A stretch of DNA of 29,752 bases, taken from Limnochordia bacterium. Its GTDB lineage: Bacteria > Bacillota > Limnochordia > Darwinibacteriales > B1SED10-159. A program made the position numbers and the translations under genes. Position 1 is the stretch's first letter. Each line of letters starts with the position of its first letter. The notes under the pieces were generated by a model. It was not told the DNA's origin. It searched no databases and worked only from the letters and a program-made list of their open reading frames with translations. Positions 10,826-17,466 of this stretch are shown piece by piece. The stretch is taken from assembly GCA_007132255.1 (NCBI GenBank), contig SLOZ01000015.1:1-29752 (forward strand). The letters run 5' to 3'.

Positions 10826-10853
10826 AGCGAAACGGTTAGCTAACCGCTTCGCT
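10826..10853. promoter_or_regulatory. 28-bp palindrome made of two overlapping LacI-type operator-like sites
   Basis: AGCGAAACGGTTAGCTAACCGCTTCGCT; each half fits GCnAAnCGnTTnGC. It lies just downstream of the predicted promoter of the binding-protein gene. Confidence 0.6.
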
Positions 10854-10893
10854 GAGCCACGAAAACAACAACCATTTTTTTGGCCTATGTTAT

Positions 10894-10922
10894 ATTTTCG
10901 TCACGCCTTTGATAAATCCTGC
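10894..10922 (-). promoter_or_regulatory. sigmaH-like promoter candidate for the binding-protein gene
   Basis: Minus strand GCAGGATTT-N11-GACGAAAAT, immediately followed by ATAAC (the -10 region overlaps TATAAC). Confidence 0.5.
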
Positions 10923-10977
10923 CGAATCGCCGAATAAATAACGCCTCGTTACGGAACCAAGCCGAAAGCGGTTCTGG

Positions 10978-11035
10978 AATAAAATCCCACACACCTGGTA
11001 CTAGGAAGATTTTTCCTGTTACCAGGTGTGTGGGA
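10978..11035 (-). terminator. Rho-independent terminator of the dppABC-like operon
   Basis: Perfect 16-bp stem TCCCACACACCTGGTA/TACCAGGTGTGTGGGA with an inner AGGAA/TTCCT helix, followed by TTTTATT on the minus strand, 27 nt after the dppC stop. Confidence 0.85.
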
Positions 11036-11062
11036 ATCACTTCCAAGCATGCGCCACTCCAT

Positions 11063-11923
11063 CTAACCAGTGGGCTTTCCTTTGGGGTCCAAAGCGTCGC
11101 GCAGACCGTCGCCCATGAGATTGGCGCCGAGGACAACAAACATGATAAACAAGCCCGGAAAGACCTGAAGCCACCAACTGTCCGGCAAAAACCGCCGCCC
11201 CGAGCTAAGCATCTCTCCCCAATCTGATGTGGGGGGCTGTACACCCAACCCCAAAAAGCTCAACCCTGCCAATGACAGAATAGCGAACCCGATACTCAGA
11301 CTGGACTGCACAATAATGGGTGACATCGTGTTGGGTAGGATGTAGCGGCGCAGGATGCGTACTTCGCTGGCACCAATGGCCCGGGCCGCTTCCACATACT
11401 CCATCTCTCGCAGACTAAGCGTTTTCGAACGAACAATACGAGCATAGGCTGGAATGGACACCACGGACACTGCTAAGACAGCATTTCGCCAACCAGGTCC
11501 CAGCGTACCCACAATGGCCAAGGCAAGAAAAATCGATGGCAGTGACAGAAGGACATCCATACTGCGCATAATCAGGGAATCTACCTTTCCGCCAGCGTAC
11601 CCAGACCAGACCCCAAGCGTCGTTCCAATACTAGCACCGAACAACACTGGCAGCAGCCCGGACAACAGTGATACCCGGCCTCCGTAGAGCACGCGACTCA
11701 ATACACAACGACCAAACTCGTCGGTTCCAAATGGATACTCCATTGATGGACCTTCCAATCGGCGAAACCAGTTCTGAGCATTGGGTTCATGTGGTGCTAT
11801 CCAGGGCGCGGCTAGACTCAAAAACAGCACGACGGCCAGAAGTACGAATCCAGTGATAGCTACTTTGCTGTGCCAAAACCGTCGCCACGCTCTCGTCCCA
11901 GGGGACTGTCCCTTTGCGTTCAT
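11063..11923 (-). CDS. dppC: Peptide/nickel ABC transporter permease, DppC/OppC type
   Basis: PFGTDEFGRCVLSRVLYGGRVSL and EAA motif (EYVEAARAIGAS). Start set at the ATG after GAGGTGA. Confidence 0.92.
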   Translation of the reverse strand: MNAKGQSPGTRAWRRFWHSKVAITGFVLLAVVLFLSLAAPWIAPHEPNAQNWFRRLEGPSMEYPFGTDEFGRCVLSRVLYGGRVSLLSGLLPVLFGASIGTTLGVWSGYAGGKVDSLIMRSMDVLLSLPSIFLALAIVGTLGPGWRNAVLAVSVVSIPAYARIVRSKTLSLREMEYVEAARAIGASEVRILRRYILPNTMSPIIVQSSLSIGFAILSLAGLSFLGLGVQPPTSDWGEMLSSGRRFLPDSWWLQVFPGLFIMFVVLGANLMGDGLRDALDPKGKPTG

Positions 11924-11933
11924 AGATTTCACC

Positions 11934-12863
11934 TCATTCATAGCGGATGCGTGGATTCAGGACAGCGTAAAGTAGATCGACCATAAGATTAATCAAGGTA
12001 AACAGTACCGCAACGAAGAGAATGCTGCCCTGGATCACGGGCAGATCTCTGGCAAGAATGGCCTGCACAGTCAAACGACCGATACCAGGCCACGCGAAGA
12101 TAGTCTCCGTAAGTACGGCACCGCCAAGCAGCGAGCCAAATTGCAGACCGATCGTTGTAACGATGGGAATGGCTGCGTTGCGCAGTCCATGCCGAATCAC
12201 CACAACTCTAGAACGCAGTCCTTTGGCCCGAGCCGTGCGGATATAGTCTTCACCCAGAACATCTAACATACTCGAACGCGTCATGCGGGCAATGAATGCA
12301 ATGGAAGACAACCCGATTGCCATGGCTGGCATTACCAGATGTCTCCAAGTGCCACTGCCCGACGCCGGCAAGACTGGCCAGTAATAGGATAATCCCATCA
12401 TCAAAAGCAAGCTCAGCCAGAACACAGGTATCGATACCCCTAGCAGCGCCAAGAATGTTATGGCATAGTCTATTTTCGTGTTTTGTTTGAGTGCCGAAAC
12501 AATGCCCACTGGCAGCCCAATGCTCACTGCCGCTGCCAGCGACGTTATGGCTAATACCAGCGTGTATGGAAATCGAACCCACAGTTCCTGGGCAACCAGG
12601 CGATTCGAGCGAAACGAACGTCCCAAATCACCTCGCACCACACCACTAAGAAATGTCCAATACTGCTGATGCAGAGGCTGATCCAAGCCAAGATTAGAGC
12701 GAACTGTTTGTAGCTGCTCCTCACTGGCTCCCTGCCCCATTTCACCCAAAAGAACCCGGACGGGATCGCCGGGTGTCAACTGCATGATACCGAATACCAA
12801 GATGGTGACGCCCAATAAGACGGGTAGCAGAGTTATGATGCGTTTCAACAAGTAAGCGGTCAA
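11934..12863 (-). CDS. dppB: Peptide/nickel ABC transporter permease, DppB/OppB type
   Basis: PGDPV, GDLGRSF, RMTRSSMLDVL-EDYIRTARAKGL, ETIFAWPGIG and LNPRIR. TTG start after AAGGTGA; the ORF is open to 12914. Confidence 0.92.
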   Translation of the reverse strand: MTAYLLKRIITLLPVLLGVTILVFGIMQLTPGDPVRVLLGEMGQGASEEQLQTVRSNLGLDQPLHQQYWTFLSGVVRGDLGRSFRSNRLVAQELWVRFPYTLVLAITSLAAAVSIGLPVGIVSALKQNTKIDYAITFLALLGVSIPVFWLSLLLMMGLSYYWPVLPASGSGTWRHLVMPAMAIGLSSIAFIARMTRSSMLDVLGEDYIRTARAKGLRSRVVVIRHGLRNAAIPIVTTIGLQFGSLLGGAVLTETIFAWPGIGRLTVQAILARDLPVIQGSILFVAVLFTLINLMVDLLYAVLNPRIRYE

Positions 12864-12929
12864 GCGCGTCACCTTCTTCAGCGGAATTGCTAAGTTTGCC
12901 GTGGACCAGTGCACAACGGCATAGTAACG

Positions 12930-12982
12930 CAGCTGGCCCGGTTAACGAGCCAGCTGGTCATCACGTGAAAATCGGCACGTGA
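12930..12982 (-). other. Two stem-loops between dppA and dppB
   Basis: CAGCTGGCTCG-TTAAC-CGGGCCAGCTG (12930-12956) and TCACGTG-N8-CACGTGA (12961-12982). No U tail; probably mRNA-stabilising structures. Confidence 0.5.
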
Positions 12983-12993
12983 CGGTAATTCGG

Positions 12994-14502
12994 CTAATCC
13001 AAGGTCACATTAGCTACATCCAGGTTGATCCAGGAGAACGGAATATTCTCACCCTGAACACGAGCTTGTTTGGCATAACTAAAGAGGGGATAGTAGACCG
13101 TGGCAATGGGAGCCTCTTCATGGATGATTTCTTGGATTTCATGATAGACAGCCAATCTGCGCTCCATATCAGCGGTTGCTCGCCCTTCTTCAAGAAGTTG
13201 ATCGACCCGTTCATTCCGATAAAACGTGCTATTATTCTCAGGAATTTCCGAGGAGTGGAGCAGTGCATAGAGCGTATAGTCGGCATCTAGGGTCACTGTT
13301 CCCCAGCCGCTGAGAAACAGATCATAGTCACCGCCACTGGTTCGGCCTACGTAGGCACCATAGTCCATCATCTGAACGGTGAGTTCCACACCAATCTGAC
13401 CCAACAGAAACTGCATGGCTTGGGCCAATTGGTAAAGTTCGTCGTTTTGGTACGTCACCAACGTCAGCTGTAGTCCGTCAGCATAGCCCGCCGCTTCCAA
13501 CAGGTCCTCGGCCAAGTCCAAATCGAAGCTATACGGTTCTAGGTCGGCGTGAGCACCCCACACGGTTCTGGGGATCAATGCGGCCGCTTCTTCAGCCATA
13601 CCGCTGCGCAGTTGATGGACAATGGAATCCCGATCCAACGCATGCAGGATCGCTTGACGAACCCTTTGGTCACCGGTGGCTTCGCCTTCAGTGTTGAAAC
13701 CAATGAACGTGGATCCCCAGCCCAGCTCTTTAAACACTGAGATGTTAGGGTTTCGTTCTATGGTCGCCAACTGATCCGGTGGTACATGGAACATGATGTC
13801 AATGGAACCAGACTGAAGTTCCACCAGCTGGGTGCTGACTTCCGGAATAACTCGAATAAGCAAGTTCTCAACGGCAGGTGCTCCACCCCAATAGGCTGCA
13901 TTAGCCGCCAAATGCACGTCATCCCCGGAGCTCCAACGTTCGAAAACAAATGGACCCGTTCCTATAGGGTTCTGACCAATATCTTCCCCAAACGTCTCCA
14001 CAGCATTTCTGTTGACGATAGCCGTTACAGGATGGGTCAGATGGGCAAGCAAGGGAGCAAAGGGGCGTTCCGTATGAATGTCCACAACGAACTCACTAAC
14101 CACTTCCACACTGGAGACAGCACTCAGCACAAAAGCGCCAGCTGCGGCCGTTTCCGGAGCGATTAGTCGTTCAATACTGAATTTCACACTTTCAGCATTG
14201 AAGGTATCGCCGTTGTGAAAGGTAACGTCCTCACGCAGGGTGAAGCGCCAAGTGGTCTCAGCTACCATGTCCCAAGATGCAGCTAATCTCGGCAGGAAGC
14301 CTTCGGCATCTTTGGTGACCAGGGTGTCAAACACCTGGTTGGTTACCAAGAATGAATAACCGTTGAACGTTTGCTGAGGATCCAATGTTGTTGGTTCACC
14401 GGACGAAGCGACGGTCAATGTATTGGCCGCTGCCGGGCCAGCAGCACCAAGGCCAGCAAGAACGAGTACAGCAGTAACAAGCAAAGTTACGAACCGTTTC
14501 AC
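12994..14502 (-). CDS. Peptide/glutathione ABC transporter solute-binding protein (DppA/GsiB-like, family 5)
   Basis: PTTLDP, LREDVTFHNG, PIGTGPF and RVRQAI. Sec signal ending PAAA with no lipobox. GTG start after AAGGAGGT. Confidence 0.92.
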   Translation of the reverse strand: MKRFVTLLVTAVLVLAGLGAAGPAAANTLTVASSGEPTTLDPQQTFNGYSFLVTNQVFDTLVTKDAEGFLPRLAASWDMVAETTWRFTLREDVTFHNGDTFNAESVKFSIERLIAPETAAAGAFVLSAVSSVEVVSEFVVDIHTERPFAPLLAHLTHPVTAIVNRNAVETFGEDIGQNPIGTGPFVFERWSSGDDVHLAANAAYWGGAPAVENLLIRVIPEVSTQLVELQSGSIDIMFHVPPDQLATIERNPNISVFKELGWGSTFIGFNTEGEATGDQRVRQAILHALDRDSIVHQLRSGMAEEAAALIPRTVWGAHADLEPYSFDLDLAEDLLEAAGYADGLQLTLVTYQNDELYQLAQAMQFLLGQIGVELTVQMMDYGAYVGRTSGGDYDLFLSGWGTVTLDADYTLYALLHSSEIPENNSTFYRNERVDQLLEEGRATADMERRLAVYHEIQEIIHEEAPIATVYYPLFSYAKQARVQGENIPFSWINLDVANVTLD

Positions 14503-14548
14503 AAAACTACCTCCTTAAATACCGATCGTTTTAGTCGGATTTTATTTC

Positions 14549-14577
14549 ATACTATCACTCTCAGTTATTACTGTCAA
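14549..14577 (-). promoter_or_regulatory. sigmaA/sigma70 promoter of the dppABC-like operon
   Basis: Minus strand TTGACA-17 nt-TAGTAT with an extended -10 TG, 46 nt upstream of the start. Confidence 0.8.
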
Positions 14578-14727
14578 TGTAATTCTAAGCGGTCGCACTT
14601 CTATCAATAGGCTTACCCTCCTGGCTGTGCGAGGTTTCGTTTGGAGTCGTCGAGAGACATGACCCCCCTTGGTCTTAGGCACACAAGCAAAGCGGCGTTG
14701 CGTCGCCGAAACTAGAATTTCCAATGC

Positions 14728-14755
14728 AAAAAAATAGACGCCCACAGGCGTCTAT
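14728..14755 (-). terminator. Rho-independent terminator after the SDR gene
   Basis: ATAGACGCC-TGTG-GGCGTCTAT followed by six T on the minus strand; the SDR stop codon lies inside the stem. Confidence 0.85.
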
Positions 14756-15495
14756 CCCATATACTGTCCACCATTCACAAACAAATTCTGTCCCGTTACA
14801 TAAGTGGCCTCATTCACCAAGAAGCTGGTCATTCGGAAGATGTCACGGACTGTCCCTAACCGCCCCTGCGGAATACGCGCTTCCATCTGCTCGCGTTTCA
14901 CCGGGTCGTGAAGCTGAAATCGTTCCATAACCTCTTCGGTTTCCATAAAGCCGGGTATCACACAGTTCACGGCAATTGTGGGAGCCAATTCTTGCGCAAG
15001 ACACTTGGTAAGGCTGATAACTCCGGCCTTAGCGCTGCAGTAATTAGCACCGTTTTTCCGCCCGTGGAGAGCTGTAGCCGCTCCCATATTAATGATCTGC
15101 CCACGAGTTCCTTGAAAGCGTTTGGCGTATTCCTGCGAGCAGATGAATGTACCGGTCAGCACAACATCCTGCACCTGCTGCCACTGGTCATCAGTCATGG
15201 TCAGAAACGGTCCATCCAAGTTGATCCCGGCGTTGTTGATGAGAACATCCACCATTCCCCAGCGGTCAGCAACAGCTGCGAACATTTGGCGAACCGAGTC
15301 CCGCTGCGCCACATTGGCCTGGCAGCACATTATGTCGCCTGGCTCGTCCTTAAGCGCTGAAGCCACCGCTTCGGCCTCATCGCCGCTGCGTGAATAATTG
15401 AGCACCACCCGATGGCCCTGTGCAGCGAAGCCTCTGACTAGTTCTTCTCCAATGCCGCGGCTCCCACCGGTAACAAGGATCGTCTTAGCATCCAT
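14752..15495 (-). CDS. Short-chain dehydrogenase/reductase (FabG-like fold, catalytic Ser position is Ala)
   Basis: TGGSRGIG, NYSRS (NADP-type), INNAG, YCSAK and VNCVIPG; has NMGAA where NxSS is expected. Confidence 0.9.
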   Translation of the reverse strand: MDAKTILVTGGSRGIGEELVRGFAAQGHRVVLNYSRSGDEAEAVASALKDEPGDIMCCQANVAQRDSVRQMFAAVADRWGMVDVLINNAGINLDGPFLTMTDDQWQQVQDVVLTGTFICSQEYAKRFQGTRGQIINMGAATALHGRKNGANYCSAKAGVISLTKCLAQELAPTIAVNCVIPGFMETEEVMERFQLHDPVKREQMEARIPQGRLGTVRDIFRMTSFLVNEATYVTGQNLFVNGGQYMG

Positions 15496-15507
15496 ATACT
15501 CACCCTC

Positions 15508-16347
15508 CTAACGTACTCGAATTATGGTTCGCTGTGCCCGTCCATCCAAAAGATGGGAAAGCCGATAGCGCGAATCACCGATAATCACCGTTGTCCCCTG
15601 CAGAATGGGTTCATGCAAGAATTGCAGCTTGGCCTTCATGCCATTGGCACCCAAGCGACTGCTGCCATTGCAGTATTGCTCTAAGAACTGCAATTGATCG
15701 ACAACCTCTTCGGGGTTCTTCCCGCTCACTTCCGGAATCAACGATGTCCTATCGTCAGGATCCCGCAAGATGCCTGGCGCCGACGTTAGTAAGAGAAGAA
15801 CCCGGGCCCTTACCAGAAGTGCGATTTGAGCAGCTGTTTCATCATTGTCGACACACTCCACTACTTTGCCGCTGTTCTGCCGCAGATTCATGAGTTCCAT
15901 CTTGCGAACCTCTTCAATGCTTACAGTGTCATTATAATTGACAATTGGAATCGCCCTCTGCTGCCGCGCTCGCATCAGGATTCCTCTGATATGAGCGCGG
16001 CGTTCCGGATCGTTGAAATGTGTGTGTTCCACAAGCACCTGTCGTACAGAGTACCGTGGATCCGTAAACCGGCGATAATTTTCCATCAAGATACTCTGTC
16101 CCTGAGCTGCGTAATCGGCTTTGGCTTCCTCGGACTCTGAATGTTCGAGTTCGCGGCCATCATTGTGCTTTCGATAGTCCAAACGCCCAATTTCCACAGC
16201 CCCGGAACTGACCCAAACAAACTCCGGTGTCAACTCAGCTCCCAAGCGACTGAAGACATTGTAGTCAATATCGTTGTCGTCCCGGCGTACCAAGGCCATC
16301 GAGCCAATCTTGCCAACAATTTCGTGATCAAACTGCAATTTACTCAC
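15508..16347 (-). CDS. Amino-acid-kinase family protein, divergent glutamate 5-kinase (ProB)-like, no PUA domain
   Basis: GKIGS, VSSGA, AAQGQ..LM, PIVNYND, DNDETAA, LLLTS and GMKAK parallel the ProB motifs KxGS, VSSGA, AAVGQ, NEND, DND and GGMxTK. Confidence 0.75.
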   Translation of the reverse strand: MSKLQFDHEIVGKIGSMALVRRDDNDIDYNVFSRLGAELTPEFVWVSSGAVEIGRLDYRKHNDGRELEHSESEEAKADYAAQGQSILMENYRRFTDPRYSVRQVLVEHTHFNDPERRAHIRGILMRARQQRAIPIVNYNDTVSIEEVRKMELMNLRQNSGKVVECVDNDETAAQIALLVRARVLLLLTSAPGILRDPDDRTSLIPEVSGKNPEEVVDQLQFLEQYCNGSSRLGANGMKAKLQFLHEPILQGTTVIIGDSRYRLSHLLDGRAQRTIIRVR

Positions 16348-16368
16348 CTCACAACCACCCTACAACCA

Positions 16369-17424
16369 TCAATACGGATGCATGCCAAAGAAGTCCAACC
16401 CGGTTCGTTCATCCAGTCCAAAGAGCACATTCATGTTCTGCACACCAGCCAAGGCTCCGCCTTTGCCGACGCTATCCAGAACGCTGAAAATCACGACGCG
16501 GCCTCGCTCTTCGTCTACATCCAGCCCAATATGACAGAAATTCGTTCCAGACACTGCGTTAACCCACGGGTAAGGACGATGCTGCCAAGGTGCATTGGGA
16601 TCACGGGGCAGGTCGTAGACTTTTACGAAGTATTCACCGTCATAGAAGTTTCGATAGATCTCAAGCAAATCATTGCGGGATACGTCGCTCTGCAGAAAAC
16701 CGTGACCAACGGCCAAAATTCCCCGAGTAATAGGCACATAGTGGCTTGTAAAATGGACTTGCACGGGGTCATCGGTCAAAAAGCCCAGTTCCTGTTCCAT
16801 CTCAAACGTATGGCGATGGCCAACCACGTTATACGGTACGATGTTATTGCCAATCTCTGGGTGATGAATGGATGTGTCCGTCTCGGCACCGGCACCTGCG
16901 GTCCCGGAAAGCCCATCCACAACTAACTTTTTGCTGTCAACTAAGCCTTCGTTCACAAGAGGCGCAAATCCCAGAATCGCTGCCGAAGAAAAGCAACCGG
17001 GGTTGGCCACAATGCTCGTCTCTTTCAACTGTTCCCGATGTAGTTCAGGAATCCCGTACACTGCTTCCGCCACAAGGCTAGGCTGCGAATGCGTCTTTCC
17101 ATAGACACGGTTCCACTGTTCAATGTCTTTGAGTCGGAAATCCGAACCTAGATCAATAACCTTGGTCCCGTCGGCCAGCATATCCGGTGCCAGCTCCATA
17201 ATGTTACCTGTTGGTAGAGCTGCGAAGACCACGTCCACCGGCGTGATTTTATCCGGATGAATGAAATGTACTCCAGCCTCGTATAGATTACGGTGTACCA
17301 TCTCGGCTTTTTGCTCAGTGCGGCTCGTGGCCCAGATCAACTCTGCCTCTGGGTGCCGGAGCAGTATTCTAAGAGCTTCGCCCCCCATATAACCCGATGC
17401 GCCTAAGACTCCAACACGAATCAT
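16369..17424 (-). CDS. argC: N-acetyl-gamma-glutamyl-phosphate reductase (ArgC/LysY)-like protein
   Basis: GASGYMGGE, IDLGSDFRL, YGIPEL, ANPGCF (catalytic Cys), HRHTFEM, RGIL and QNMN. Start set at the ATG after AGGAG. Family assignment is firm, exact substrate is not. Confidence 0.85.
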   Translation of the reverse strand: MIRVGVLGASGYMGGEALRILLRHPEAELIWATSRTEQKAEMVHRNLYEAGVHFIHPDKITPVDVVFAALPTGNIMELAPDMLADGTKVIDLGSDFRLKDIEQWNRVYGKTHSQPSLVAEAVYGIPELHREQLKETSIVANPGCFSSAAILGFAPLVNEGLVDSKKLVVDGLSGTAGAGAETDTSIHHPEIGNNIVPYNVVGHRHTFEMEQELGFLTDDPVQVHFTSHYVPITRGILAVGHGFLQSDVSRNDLLEIYRNFYDGEYFVKVYDLPRDPNAPWQHRPYPWVNAVSGTNFCHIGLDVDEERGRVVIFSVLDSVGKGGALAGVQNMNVLFGLDERTGLDFFGMHPY

Positions 17425-17466
17425 ACCATCTCTCCTCTCCAACACTCTTTCTCAGCTCGTGCTGCG

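Noticed and set aside
15508-17424. Canonical arginine or proline biosynthesis operon
   Set aside because: No argJ/argB/argD or proA/proC is adjacent, no ARG box or T-box was recognised, and the motifs deviate from the canonical enzymes.
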